This document shows, one piece after another, positions 20,720 through 30,140 of a DNA stretch of 64,000 nt. Where the stretch lies: positions 19,698 through 83,697 of the IMG/VR virus record IMGVR_UViG_3300020446_001892; one strand, 5' to 3'. Within the stretch, counting starts at the first letter, position 1; each line of letters begins with the position of its first letter. Source of the DNA: a virus. A program made the translations under genes and the position numbers. The notes under the pieces were generated by a model. That model saw only the letters and a list, made by a program, of their open reading frames with translations. It did not search any database and was not told the DNA's origin.

Positions 20720-21829
20720 TTATGATGCTATTTGACCAAAAGGTTTCCAGTCTCCAGGTGAACCTTCTCTTATACATATCCATCCTACATAGCCTGTAGG
20801 TTTAGGATCGTTATTCCATACTATATCACCTAATCTAAAACTTCCTTCAACTGGTGATCCTTTACCAACTTGCATTTTTTTACCTTGGACTTTTAAAGGC
20901 CCTGCAATAGTTAGATCTGCGTCTTCACTAAAATTAGTAACATTAATACCCATTTTTCCTTGCACACTTACTTTATTATTAAGAGTAATTGCACCTGTAT
21001 CTTCTATGTGTATTCTACATTTATTATCAGTAATAATTTTTAGTTCACTTGTCGTCCACGTTCCTAAACTAAAAGTGCCAACATCGTTATGATCTACAAC
21101 AAATTCATGTTCAAGAGACCCTACACTTAATGCACCATTTGGTGATTCATGACCTATTCCTAAACGCATTGTTTCATCGTCATAGAATACAAAATTATCT
21201 AATGTTAGTTTACCATCTATGGACAAATTATGTAATGTGCCTACTGATGTTAAATTACTAGATGTAATATTTGCACCTAATGACTGTTCGCTAATAACAG
21301 GGGTGTTTCCTATTCTAAAATCTTTACCTCTAGGTAAATCTATGCTTTGACTACTAAAAAGTCTATCTTGTTGCATAGTAAGCTGTCTGGTGTTTCCTTC
21401 GCCAGACCAAATTAAGCCTTTGTTACTTACAGAATTATTTTCAGCTTTGAATTCTAAATTACTTGTAGTTTCGTTTCTTACGTCTGCTACAACTTCATCA
21501 ACATTTATCTTTTTTGCATTTATAACTCCGTCAACATTTAAATGTCCGTCGATATTAAGTTCATTTGGAATTTTTTTGATATGAGCAATGTCTACTGAAA
21601 TACCTTTATCTGTAACTTTTAATATATAGTCAGAAGCAGTATCTTTTATACCAGCACTACTAAACTGTGCAATTCTGCCGCCTTGTAATTTATTTCCAGA
21701 TATACTTCTATCTAATACACTAGATAAATCAGGTGCTTGTGGATTTTGTTTAGCAATGGCTTCTACTGCTTGTGATACAGCTTCAAATCCATTACGCATT
21801 TCGTTTAATTTTTGATTCATATTGCTCAT
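20720..21829 (-). CDS. Probable structural/fibre-like protein
   Basis: SNLTSVGTL fibre motif; C-terminal GDIVWN..P...YVGWIC...G.PG.WKPFG; late element upstream. Confidence 0.55.
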   Translation of the reverse strand: MSNMNQKLNEMRNGFEAVSQAVEAIAKQNPQAPDLSSVLDRSISGNKLQGGRIAQFSSAGIKDTASDYILKVTDKGISVDIAHIKKIPNELNIDGHLNVDGVINAKKINVDEVVADVRNETTSNLEFKAENNSVSNKGLIWSGEGNTRQLTMQQDRLFSSQSIDLPRGKDFRIGNTPVISEQSLGANITSSNLTSVGTLHNLSIDGKLTLDNFVFYDDETMRLGIGHESPNGALSVGSLEHEFVVDHNDVGTFSLGTWTTSELKIITDNKCRIHIEDTGAITLNNKVSVQGKMGINVTNFSEDADLTIAGPLKVQGKKMQVGKGSPVEGSFRLGDIVWNNDPKPTGYVGWICIREGSPGDWKPFGQIAS

Positions 21830-21840
21830 GTAAGTATTTA

Positions 21841-23133
21841 TCAAGAAACCTTGAGTATAACAGTTTCAGGGTTACATCTACCATTTAGTTTAGTATCGGT
21901 TGTTTTTATATCATCTAAAAATTTACGCAATTTTACTTTGCCTGAATCCTTAAACTCCTTAAGCTGTTCGACTGGTTTACGTAGAGTTTTCTGTATACTT
22001 AATGATTCGTCATAACCTTGTATTGTTGTGCCTTTTACACTCAATCCAGTGCCATCACGTTGCATGCCTTTAGGGTCAATATTGCTTGCAATATATTTGC
22101 CCAACTTACGTGTTTTTATGTTGAACACCCAAAGCTCATTTGCTCCTATTATCTGTGCAGGATCAATACTTGCTAATTTAAATTTTTCGTCAACTTTACA
22201 AAATTTTAATTTTGCAACAAGTTTATCTGCACTATACACTTTTGGCTTTCGCGGTTTACGTGTAGCTTTTGCACTATCAATTACAAAATCAAGTGCCGCA
22301 ATAAGTTCACCTATTGCAATACGATAATTTTTTATATCAGCTTTTTTAATATGCGAATAACCTTCTTTCAATTGTGCCCAAAGATCTTGATCTAATTCAC
22401 TCATTTTTTTAAGTTGACCTGCTGTAGGGAATCTTTCAAGCTGGTCAAAATCTACAAGAGCATCTACATAAAATGTTTTTAATTTACGTGCATGTGCTTG
22501 CGTTACATTCTTTTCCCTAAAGTGTGTTTTGAAATCAAACCCTTTAGGGTCGAACGACTTTGGGTCAACTAACCAACCTTCAAGCCAATCTTCTATTGCC
22601 TCGCTTTGTATATATGCTTGATCTCGGATACGTTCTTGTATACTAGGAATGTATACGTTTGCTTTCTGCTTTTCTTCTTCCTTTTTGGTTTTTATAGCCT
22701 TTGATCCTGCGCCTATAGCCCGTTCGATGCGTTCTTTCAAAAATTTAGAAGCAGGAGCAACTTTTCCGGTAGTACCAGGTAATGTATCCCAGTATTCGTC
22801 TTCTTTAGGATTGTAATCAGGCATGCCATCTAGTAGTTGTTTTGCAGTGATTGCCGCTGTGATACTAAGTTCATATGATGGAGCGGCTTTAGCATACTTT
22901 ATATCTTCTTTTGTATATCCGTTAGATTCCATCCATTTAAAAGTATGAGGAAATAAATCAGCTGGTTTGTAGTTTTGATAGTAAAACTCTCTACTTGCAC
23001 CTTTGAATCTATGAAACTTTTGGCCGTCCCATTCTTCCCAACCTTCCCATTTAGGTGCTGAAAGTTTATCACCTCTTCTAGTACGAGGTGCCGCACGGAC
23101 CGTTCTCTTTTTAGTTCTTTTCGGCAATGGCAT
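21841..23133 (-). CDS. Hypothetical phage protein (430 aa)
   Basis: Long ORF with AAGGAG SD and its own TTGACA-17-TATACT promoter. Confidence 0.65.
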   Translation of the reverse strand: MPLPKRTKKRTVRAAPRTRRGDKLSAPKWEGWEEWDGQKFHRFKGASREFYYQNYKPADLFPHTFKWMESNGYTKEDIKYAKAAPSYELSITAAITAKQLLDGMPDYNPKEDEYWDTLPGTTGKVAPASKFLKERIERAIGAGSKAIKTKKEEEKQKANVYIPSIQERIRDQAYIQSEAIEDWLEGWLVDPKSFDPKGFDFKTHFREKNVTQAHARKLKTFYVDALVDFDQLERFPTAGQLKKMSELDQDLWAQLKEGYSHIKKADIKNYRIAIGELIAALDFVIDSAKATRKPRKPKVYSADKLVAKLKFCKVDEKFKLASIDPAQIIGANELWVFNIKTRKLGKYIASNIDPKGMQRDGTGLSVKGTTIQGYDESLSIQKTLRKPVEQLKEFKDSGKVKLRKFLDDIKTTDTKLNGRCNPETVILKVS

Positions 23134-23198
23134 GAAAAATCTCCTTAACTGTTTATAGCAGTATATAGCAAAGGTTGTATTATGTCAAGAGAAAATGA

Positions 23199-24176
23199 TT
23201 ATCTAAAACGATTCCTTACCATATCTACAAAAATTTTAACATTAGTAGGCGGTGTTTCTTTTAGTATGCCATGGCCTAAACCACAGACCCAGCCAGTAGT
23301 ATCATTAATTGTATCAAGCCATTTATTAATTTCGTATCTTAAAATTGTTTCTGAATTTTGTAGTAACAAAGTTTCATCAAAGTTTCCCTGCACAAAACCT
23401 GAAGTCACTTTTTGTAATGTCTTGTTGAGATCGATAGTGCTATCTATTCCTATTCCAGTGAATCCTATATCAATTAATTTGTTTAAACTATTGTATGGCA
23501 GATTTTTTGAATAATATACAGTGTGTTCAACTTGTGCTAATTCTTTTAGAATCTTCAAATATTCTTTATCGAATACTCCTTTAGGCATATTGTGTAATCC
23601 ACTGTCAAAAATCATCACACAATCTGCACCAGCATCTGTCTGTTGTCTAATACTTGCTTTTAATAACGGAAGCAAATTATCATTAATAAATTTTATTTTA
23701 AAATTATTAGTTACTTTACTTTTTCCACAGGCATAATTCATAAGTGTCCAAGGCCCGCCTACAAACCCAACAAGATTTTTCTTATATGGTAATTTTTCTC
23801 TTGTAGTTTTTATTGCCCTTGCCTGAAAATCTAAGTGTTTCATCTTACTTTGTCTATATTGATGATTTTTATAATTTTCCTCGGTAAGGTCAAATTCAAA
23901 CTTTGGGCTAGGATTAAATTGTAAAGGTATTCCTAGAGCTTCTATATGGAATAATATATCGCTGAATAAAATTGCCACATCAAAATCATATTCATTTATA
24001 GGTAGCATAGCTACATCTGATGCAACTTGTGGCAGTTTACACATCTGCACAAAAGAAAATTTTTCTTTAAAAGCTCTATATGATGCTTGATATCTTCCTG
24101 CTTGTCTCATCATCCAAATTGGAGGACAAGATTGTTCTACCCTGTTACGGGCATTGTCGAATAATGTTTCGGTCAT
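23199..24176 (-). CDS. hemE: Uroporphyrinogen decarboxylase
   Basis: WMMRQAGRY, AILFSDIL, GGPWT, IFDS, QGNFD, LGHGI. Confidence 0.92.
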   Translation of the reverse strand: MTETLFDNARNRVEQSCPPIWMMRQAGRYQASYRAFKEKFSFVQMCKLPQVASDVAMLPINEYDFDVAILFSDILFHIEALGIPLQFNPSPKFEFDLTEENYKNHQYRQSKMKHLDFQARAIKTTREKLPYKKNLVGFVGGPWTLMNYACGKSKVTNNFKIKFINDNLLPLLKASIRQQTDAGADCVMIFDSGLHNMPKGVFDKEYLKILKELAQVEHTVYYSKNLPYNSLNKLIDIGFTGIGIDSTIDLNKTLQKVTSGFVQGNFDETLLLQNSETILRYEINKWLDTINDTTGWVCGLGHGILKETPPTNVKIFVDMVRNRFR

Positions 24177-24217
24177 CACTTATTTAATGACAGGATAAAA
24201 ATTATTATATTGAGCTT

Positions 24218-24406
24218 TTATTTTTTGACACATTCTATATTGTCAATGTTGCTCTTTTTAAATTTGCCTTCAATATAGATATTAGGTGGGTTGCCATCTA
24301 TAAATTTTTGTTTTGCAATACTGCAACTAAAATAAGTACCCATTTTAATTTCCATGTCTATTTCTGGAACCCCAGAAATTGAAAGTACAAACACCAACCA
24401 ATACAT
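24218..24406 (-). CDS. Hypothetical small protein
   Basis: TAATG coupling, hydrophobic N-terminus. Confidence 0.5.
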   Translation of the reverse strand: MYWLVFVLSISGVPEIDMEIKMGTYFSCSIAKQKFIDGNPPNIYIEGKFKKSNIDNIECVKK

Positions 24407-24606
24407 TAAAAATCTCCGTCCATACCATTGATTGTATAAGTTTTACCTTTATATCCCGCATCCATTTTTTCTTTATCGGACATTTCTTCTGCATCTTTAC
24501 GTGTACGAGGGTTAAATTTTTTCTCCTGCTTCAAATCCTCTGAAGCATTTGAATCTTGGGAACCTGAGACTATACGTTTCAGAATCTTGCGACCTAGTCC
24601 TAGCAT
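24406..24606 (-). CDS. Hypothetical protein, start uncertain (overlaps ligase 3' end)
   Basis: Fills the gap and couples to the next ORF. Confidence 0.35.
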   Translation of the reverse strand: MLGLGRKILKRIVSGSQDSNASEDLKQEKKFNPRTRKDAEEMSDKEKMDAGYKGKTYTINGMDGDF

Positions 24607-25855
24607 CAGCTCTAATCTCTACTAAAGAACCAATGAGGTTATCACGGTTAGCCCAGAACTGATCACGCTGACTGTCAGTGAAACCACTTCCACAGTTAAG
24701 GTGATAATTGTATCCATCGTCTTCTCCTTCTACTATTACGGCACCTAGTCTTCCTTCGTTACGTCCTGTGCCTTCTTCAACTGCAATCACATTAAGTGAT
24801 ACTTCAATAAATGGCTTTGCTTTAAGCCAACTATGTGTTCTTTTGCATTCGTATGGTGCGTTAGGATCTTTGATCATAACCCCTTCATAACCACCGTCTA
24901 CAGCCGCTTTATTAAGCTCTACAAAGCGGTCTTGTCCTTGTTGGGTATCTAAGTCCACATCTTCCCAATCAAGTGTTTGTACGTGTTTTAAGACGTCTGT
25001 ATTTTCATTTACCCAAGCCTTAACTGCTTGGCTTCTAAAAGACTGAGGTTTATCCCACAAACCTTTTTTGAATTCAGATAGTGGGCACATGTCAAACAAA
25101 TGTAAAACTGCATCCTCTGATTGTTTACCATCTTTACGATGTACCTGTTTCATAAGGTCTTGAAAGTTTGCACTCATAACTTCACCATCTAACACTAGAT
25201 CATATGGTGGTTGTTTGTCTTTAACTACTGTTTCTATTTCTGATATAATATGACCAAAGTTATGAAACTGTTTGCCGTTTCTACTAAACATTTCTACTTT
25301 ACATGCTTGCTGATGGCTTGTATCACCTCTAATAATCGTAATCACTCTTACACCATCTAGCTTAACTTCAACTTGCTTTTTTCCAACCATTTTCTTTTCA
25401 TGATTAGCACTATCATGTGCAAGAGGACAAGTAAAAATTGGAATACTATATTGAGGGAATTCTTTTGCAATCTTGTTTACAGTTTTTTCTGATACTCCAC
25501 AACGTAAATCCTTAATTAAGATACGTCTGTAGAAAGTATTCCATTGTTCTGTAGTAGCTACACCCATTGCAAGTTCTATTGCATCACGTGCCGCATGTCC
25601 TGTAAGTTCTCTGTTAATAAGTTGTTCTGCAAGTGTTTTAAAATTTGTCCACGATAATCCTTGACCAGTAAGTACATCATTTCTTTCTGGTACTTGTTTT
25701 ACACCGAAAGTTACAAGTGGATCAAGTGCCATTTTGACACCTTCAAAAAATTCATCTAGCCCTTGTTGCATTGCTACTTTTAGTATTGCTTCTTTAGCTA
25801 GTCTTGAATTATTCTCTTCTAATTGATCAATTATTTCTTGTGGTTGTGTTCTCAT
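24512..25855 (-). CDS. ATP-dependent DNA ligase
   Basis: KLDGVR, SRNGK, LDGE, EGVMIK, WLKAKP, GSGF, RFPRF. Confidence 0.95.
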   Translation of the reverse strand: MRTQPQEIIDQLEENNSRLAKEAILKVAMQQGLDEFFEGVKMALDPLVTFGVKQVPERNDVLTGQGLSWTNFKTLAEQLINRELTGHAARDAIELAMGVATTEQWNTFYRRILIKDLRCGVSEKTVNKIAKEFPQYSIPIFTCPLAHDSANHEKKMVGKKQVEVKLDGVRVITIIRGDTSHQQACKVEMFSRNGKQFHNFGHIISEIETVVKDKQPPYDLVLDGEVMSANFQDLMKQVHRKDGKQSEDAVLHLFDMCPLSEFKKGLWDKPQSFRSQAVKAWVNENTDVLKHVQTLDWEDVDLDTQQGQDRFVELNKAAVDGGYEGVMIKDPNAPYECKRTHSWLKAKPFIEVSLNVIAVEEGTGRNEGRLGAVIVEGEDDGYNYHLNCGSGFTDSQRDQFWANRDNLIGSLVEIRADARTRSQDSETYSLRFPRFKCFRGFEAGEKI

Positions 25856-25919
25856 TGGTGCCTCTCTAATTAATTATGTCTATATAATAGCACCAACAAA
25901 TGCATTTGTCAACCTAAAT

Positions 25920-25993
25920 TGGACACCTAGGCCGGACTCGAACCGGCATACACGGAGTTGCAGTCCGTTGCATAACCATTCTGCCACTAGGTG
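25920..25993 (-). tRNA. tRNA-Cys(GCA)
   Basis: Acceptor CACCTAG/CTAGGTG, U73, CCA; anticodon arm ACGGA-CTGCAAC-TCCGT; GGTTCGAGTCC T arm. Confidence 0.93.
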
Positions 25994-25994
25994 T

Positions 25995-26069
25995 TGGCAT
26001 AGGTGGAAGGAATCGAACCCTCTCTTTCAGGTTTGGAATCTGACGTGCAACCATTGACACTTCACCTAC
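25995..26069 (-). tRNA. tRNA-Trp(CCA)
   Basis: Acceptor GTAGGTG/CACCTAT, G73, CCA; anticodon loop TTCCAAA; GGTTCGATTCC T arm. Confidence 0.9.
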
Positions 26070-26105
26070 AAAAAAAGCCCCTAAACAATTTCTTGCTAGG
26101 GGCTT
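26070..26105 (-). terminator. Intrinsic terminator (attenuator) directly 5' of tRNA-Trp
   Basis: AAGCCCCTAGCAA-GAAA-TTGTTTAGGGGC followed by T7. Confidence 0.88.
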
Positions 26106-26131
26106 CTAAATAACTTTTTTAAAAAGTCACG

Positions 26132-26191
26132 TCAAGACATACCCCTGGGCGTAGGAGAACACCAAAATTGTAATGTATTAGTCTTGATCAT
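26132..26191 (-). CDS. Putative attenuator leader peptide MIKTNTLQFWCSPTPRGMS
   Basis: AAGGA SD; adjacent TGG-TGT codons match the downstream tRNA-Trp and tRNA-Cys; lies between promoter and terminator. Confidence 0.8.
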   Translation of the reverse strand: MIKTNTLQFWCSPTPRGMS

Positions 26192-26214
26192 GTATCTATT
26201 CCTTCTTTATTATC

Positions 26215-26248
26215 TATTTATAATAGCACCTTCAATTGACTTTGTCAA
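26215..26248 (-). promoter_or_regulatory. Sigma70-type promoter overlapping a T4-like late element
   Basis: TTGACA-17-TATTAT with extended -10 TG; TATAAATA at 26222-26215. Confidence 0.8.
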
Positions 26249-26405
26249 CATCTTTTTTATCAATATTTCCTTTATGTCCACAATGTGGACAAAAGAACGT
26301 AAATCTTTCTATGCATAACTTGTCTTCCATAGTTGCATATGTAAACCAATTATTGCATTTATTGCAGGTCAAATGCCAAATTATTTCTTTGACTGCATTG
26401 AACAT
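26232..26405 (-). CDS. Zinc-ribbon protein (57 aa)
   Basis: CNKC and CPHC; TATAAATA 4 nt before ATG 26405. Confidence 0.7.
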   Translation of the reverse strand: MFNAVKEIIWHLTCNKCNNWFTYATMEDKLCIERFTFFCPHCGHKGNIDKKDVDKVN

Positions 26406-26420
26406 AAAGTATTTATAAAC

Positions 26421-26494
26421 TGGAGCGGTATACCGGATTCGAACCGGTGACAAGAGCTTGGAAGGCTCGCATGTTACCACTACACCAATACCGC
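26421..26494 (-). tRNA. tRNA-Gly(TCC)
   Basis: Acceptor GCGGTAT/ATACCGC, U73, CCA; loop CTTCCAA; GGTTCGAATCC. Confidence 0.93.
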
Positions 26495-26503
26495 AGTTTA
26501 TAT

Positions 26504-26863
26504 CTATTCGTGTTCGCCACCTGGATCATTAGGATCTAATTTTACTTTTTTTCCATTGATCCACATGTTCTGTCTTGTGCGGCTTTGTGTGTGATATCCG
26601 TCTTTTAAAAAGAAAGTAGGTTTTTTATTTGCAACTTCAAACGTACCTACGGTAACTGCAATAGCACCTAATAGCATGACGTGAGCTATAGCACTTACCC
26701 CAAACACAAAAAAACTACCTACGTAAAAACTGAATACAATACACCACATCCAAGCTAGTACTTGTAAAACCATGTGTCTTGCATGTAGGTCTGGAATGTG
26801 TCGTAACGGATTTTTTTCTGCATTCATTACAGAATTCCAACTGTCATATACAAATTCTCTCAT
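26504..26863 (-). CDS. Hypothetical membrane protein
   Basis: GGAG SD; two TM segments; ends DPGGEHE. Confidence 0.65.
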   Translation of the reverse strand: MREFVYDSWNSVMNAEKNPLRHIPDLHARHMVLQVLAWMWCIVFSFYVGSFFVFGVSAIAHVMLLGAIAVTVGTFEVANKKPTFFLKDGYHTQSRTRQNMWINGKKVKLDPNDPGGEHE

Positions 26864-26885
26864 TTTATTCTCCAAAAAGTTTCAA

Positions 26886-26961
26886 TGGTGCTGGCACACG
26901 GACTCGAACCGCGGACCTACTGATTACAAATCAGTTGCTCTACCAACTGAGCTATGCCAGC
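26886..26961 (-). tRNA. tRNA-Thr(TGT)
   Basis: GCTGGCA/TGCCAGC acceptor, ACCA end; ACTGA-TTTGTAA-TCAGT. Confidence 0.95.
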
Positions 26962-26981
26962 TTTCTATACTTATCCTAAGA

Positions 26982-27422
26982 TTATTTTTTAAATCTTAAA
27001 GTATATTGCTTACCGTCACTATAAAAAGTGACTGTTGAATGACTATAAACTTCTTCAGATACTTCGTTATATCTTGTGAAATCTTGACACTTTCTTTCTT
27101 GTCTGTAGCCAATAATAGTTTGCTTATTTTTTTTCTTATCAGCGGCAATCATTCCACCAATAACTGCACCAGCGGCTGCTCCGTTGTCTTTTTTCGTAAC
27201 ACCTTTGCCAATTAGTCCGCCAATGATCATTCCGCCAAGCACATCTCCTGCACTTGCGCCACCCCCTGTATCGCCATAAATTGGAACATCTACCCAATTA
27301 CAAACTTGTTCACTATAAGGGATTCTTTTGATTACCTGTTTATAATGATCTTGTACAGTTTCCGCTATGGCAGGAGAACATCCTGCTAAACTTATTAAAC
27401 ATGCAACTAGAAATTTTTTCAC
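26982..27422 (-). CDS. Glycine-zipper exported protein
   Basis: Signal peptide; GGMIIGGLIG...AAAGAVIGG. Confidence 0.7.
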   Translation of the reverse strand: MKKFLVACLISLAGCSPAIAETVQDHYKQVIKRIPYSEQVCNWVDVPIYGDTGGGASAGDVLGGMIIGGLIGKGVTKKDNGAAAGAVIGGMIAADKKKNKQTIIGYRQERKCQDFTRYNEVSEEVYSHSTVTFYSDGKQYTLRFKK

Positions 27423-27728
27423 CTATTCCTCCTTTAAAATTTTAATTGCTTTGAGTCTATCATATCTAAAACTTCTAAATCCTTTAGACTCGATTGCCCA
27501 TACCGCAACTACATTATCATGCTTTTGTGTACTTTCTTTCTTAGGATCTGGAAAATACTTTGCCTGTAGTGTGCAAGGCATCACTCTTTCATCACCATCT
27601 AATTTAGTAAAGGTGACTTCTACTACTTCATTATGAAGTAATTCAATTAGTTCATCTCGTGTTGGTAGCCCTTTTTCTTCTGCTACAAATTTTTCAATTG
27701 GTCCTGTTACCATAAACGCACTCCTCAT
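27423..27728 (-). CDS. SH3/WYL-like phage protein
   Basis: VTFTKLDGDERVMPCTL...WAIESKGFRSFR pattern. Confidence 0.6.
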   Translation of the reverse strand: MRSAFMVTGPIEKFVAEEKGLPTRDELIELLHNEVVEVTFTKLDGDERVMPCTLQAKYFPDPKKESTQKHDNVVAVWAIESKGFRSFRYDRLKAIKILKEE

Positions 27729-27886
27729 AATTCTTCTAATATTCCTAAGCCTTCTGCGGCAATCAAAAAGAAGCCAGCTAAGACAATGTTACCCATTACA
27801 AGCATTACGCCTGCAATAATCCTTACAGCACTTTTTACAAGACTTATATAAAAATGCTTTTTTGAAACGTCAACTGGTTCAGCCAT
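27725..27886 (-). CDS. Small membrane protein (53 aa)
   Basis: [19 protein letters not shown]...AEGLGILEEL; coupled at both ends. Confidence 0.65.
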   Translation of the reverse strand: MAEPVDVSKKHFYISLVKSAVRIIAGVMLVMGNIVLAGFFLIAAEGLGILEEL

Positions 27887-28473
27887 TATCTTTTCTCCAC
27901 AACTTTATCAGCTAACCCATAATCCACTGCTTCTTGTGCAGACATAAATGTGTCACGATCCATATCTCGTTCAAGCTCTTCATATGTCTTGCCTGCCGTA
28001 TTGTGTTTTACATAAAGCTCAGTCAGCATAGTTTTCATTTTTGTTATTTCTTTATATTGAATCTCAATATCGCTTTGTTTACCTCCTGCACCACCACTTG
28101 GTTGGTGAATCATTGTTCTACTGTACGGAAGTACTACACGTTTTCCTTTCGTTCCTGCTTGAGCTAAGAAACTACCCATCGAACATGCCTGTCCAAGCAC
28201 AATCGTTCTTACATCTGGTTTAATATATTGCATAGTATCATATATAGCCATTCCAGCAGTTATAATTCCACCAGGTGAATTAATATACAAATTTATATCC
28301 TTTTCAGGATTTTCGCTTTCAAGGAAAAGCATTTGTGCAACAATTAAGTTTGCAGTAACGTCTTCAACAGGACCGTTCAACATAACAATTCTATCCTTAA
28401 GCAAACGGCTATAGATGTCATAGCTACGTTCTCCTCTAGATTCTTGTTCAACAACCATAGGCACTAAAGGCAT
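27886..28473 (-). CDS. clpP: ClpP protease subunit
   Basis: [24 protein letters not shown] (Ser), MIHQP (His), DRD (Asp). Confidence 0.97.
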   Translation of the reverse strand: MPLVPMVVEQESRGERSYDIYSRLLKDRIVMLNGPVEDVTANLIVAQMLFLESENPEKDINLYINSPGGIITAGMAIYDTMQYIKPDVRTIVLGQACSMGSFLAQAGTKGKRVVLPYSRTMIHQPSGGAGGKQSDIEIQYKEITKMKTMLTELYVKHNTAGKTYEELERDMDRDTFMSAQEAVDYGLADKVVEKR

Positions 28474-28664
28474 TATTTTACCTCCACTAATGGTTCAGAA
28501 GTACTAGTATCATGCCAGTCGCCGTTTTCCATAAATCTGCGTGTTGTAGTTTCTTTAACAAACATTCCATCACGTTTTCTATATGTAATAAATTCTTGCT
28601 TAACTACTCCTTTAGTATCAGCTTCAAAAGCACTTACTAAAGGTCCTTCTAATTTACTATTCAT
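28473..28664 (-). CDS. Hypothetical protein
   Basis: Coupled ORF. Confidence 0.55.
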   Translation of the reverse strand: MNSKLEGPLVSAFEADTKGVVKQEFITYRKRDGMFVKETTTRRFMENGDWHDTSTSEPLVEVK

Positions 28665-28888
28665 TTTCTTCCTTCCTTTAGAACAAAACTATCAGGTCCT
28701 GGCGTTGTGAATTCCATTCCAAACGCATCGCCTACATAAACTCTGCCATTATATTTCATGAATATTTTATTTGTAGCCATATAAACATTCATAGATTCTT
28801 TTACTTTAAAATTGTCTACCTCTGCTTCAACAACTTTATCATTATTTGTGCATGTTACCATACATTTATTATCAAATACTTCTTTCAT
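28661..28888 (-). CDS. Hypothetical protein
   Basis: Coupled ORF, GGAG SD. Confidence 0.55.
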   Translation of the reverse strand: MKEVFDNKCMVTCTNNDKVVEAEVDNFKVKESMNVYMATNKIFMKYNGRVYVGDAFGMEFTTPGPDSFVLKEGRK

Positions 28889-29187
28889 TTTCTCCCTAAC
28901 AGTTTTAAATTTAAAACAAAGTTCTCTACCATTAGTTTAACACATGTAGCTTTCAAAGTCAACACATTATCTTCCAATTCTGCCATATGCATAGCCATAA
29001 GATTAAATGCCTCTTCTTCAGAAATATTCAGTTGACCCCAATCTATAGGATCAACTGAATCACATTCTTTTGCAAGTTCAGCAATTAGTCGCCAGTTTTT
29101 AGTGTACTGGACCAATTGGCTTCTCCTGCCCGTTTGCATACTGCCAATGAGTGACATCACCAGTAAGCCAATATCGCTTACATTCAC
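28885..29187 (-). CDS. Hypothetical protein (true start probably downstream)
   Basis: Coupled at 3' end; 5' part overlaps the upstream ORF. Confidence 0.5.
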   Translation of the reverse strand: MNVSDIGLLVMSLIGSMQTGRRSQLVQYTKNWRLIAELAKECDSVDPIDWGQLNISEEEAFNLMAMHMAELEDNVLTLKATCVKLMVENFVLNLKLLGRK

Positions 29188-29341
29188 TTAGAAAAATATG
29201 CATGCCTTTCCAAGTCTTTCCGTCTTCATCCATATACAAACCTTCAAAAGTACCCTTCCAAACTCCACACGGTTCAAAATAGTACCATAGAGGACGCTCT
29301 GCATCAGGCAAACCATCCTCTATATTATTCCATTCACTCAT
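29099..29341 (-). CDS. DUF551-like small phage protein
   Basis: MSEW..IEDGLP...VTHW pattern. Confidence 0.55.
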   Translation of the reverse strand: MSEWNNIEDGLPDAERPLWYYFEPCGVWKGTFEGLYMDEDGKTWKGMHIFLSECKRYWLTGDVTHWQYANGQEKPIGPVH

Positions 29342-29847
29342 ATAATCTCCTTTACATTAATTGGTGTATAGTTAATTTGTTCTACACTTACACACTTGTA
29401 TGGTCCTTCTGGAGAAGGATTACTATGTATGTGTCCATGTACATTTGTTAAATTATCTTTCCACCTATGTGTTTCTTGTAAAGTTGTTATATGCAATGGC
29501 GTATGACTAAGCACAAGTCCAGGTAATTCTTTCCATAAACTAATGCTTTTGAAGAACGGTGCAAGAAATTTAGGATTATCATGATTTCCTAAAATTAAAT
29601 GTTTGGTACCATTTAATTTTACAAAATTTTCCTGCATCCACTCTACTTTGTTATGACCAAAAAGCACATCTCCTAAATGGTAAACAATATCGTTAGGTTT
29701 GACAACACTATTCCAATTGTCTATCATTGTAGAATTCATCACTTCAACATTAGGAAATTGCCTACAAGGCTTACCTGAGTAATCGTTAAACCTTAATATT
29801 GCTTCGTGATTAAAATGCGTATCACTTATTACCCATGTGTCTTTCAT
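29338..29847 (-). CDS. Calcineurin-like metallophosphoesterase
   Basis: SDTH, LGD, GNHD, HGHIH. Confidence 0.88.
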   Translation of the reverse strand: MKDTWVISDTHFNHEAILRFNDYSGKPCRQFPNVEVMNSTMIDNWNSVVKPNDIVYHLGDVLFGHNKVEWMQENFVKLNGTKHLILGNHDNPKFLAPFFKSISLWKELPGLVLSHTPLHITTLQETHRWKDNLTNVHGHIHSNPSPEGPYKCVSVEQINYTPINVKEII

Positions 29848-29923
29848 GATGTGCCTCATACCTTAACTGTAAATACAGTATAAGACAAAGTTACACTAAA
29901 GTCAACCGTTATTGGTAAATTAA

Positions 29924-30115
29924 TTAATGAATAGTTTCCTCTGCGGTCACATCAACCCCAAAATGTGTTTTACATAAACTTACAATAACCTCAGGAACCA
30001 AATCTTCTTCTTTGCCTTCTGGTATAAAGAGTCCTTTAAGTTCTCCCTTATTAGAAATAATTAGACCCCAATCGTCGTCTTCTAGGCTTTCTTCAAATGT
30101 TATCATCTCGCTCAT
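29924..30115 (-). CDS. Hypothetical acidic protein
   Basis: AGGAG SD before ATG 30115. Confidence 0.5.
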   Translation of the reverse strand: MSEMITFEESLEDDDWGLIISNKGELKGLFIPEGKEEDLVPEVIVSLCKTHFGVDVTAEETIH

Positions 30116-30140
30116 TGTAGACTTTCTCCTCTTGGATATA

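Noticed and set aside
26406-26480. N-terminal extension of the zinc-ribbon ORF given in the track
   Set aside because: It overlaps tRNA-Gly; the real start is ATG 26405.
26421-26982. Attenuators for tRNA-Gly or tRNA-Thr
   Set aside because: Both follow ordinary ORFs within 10-20 nt, with no leader peptide or terminator.
26772-26999. Plus-strand ORFs of 75 and 66 aa
   Set aside because: Antisense to tRNA-Thr and the adjacent gene.
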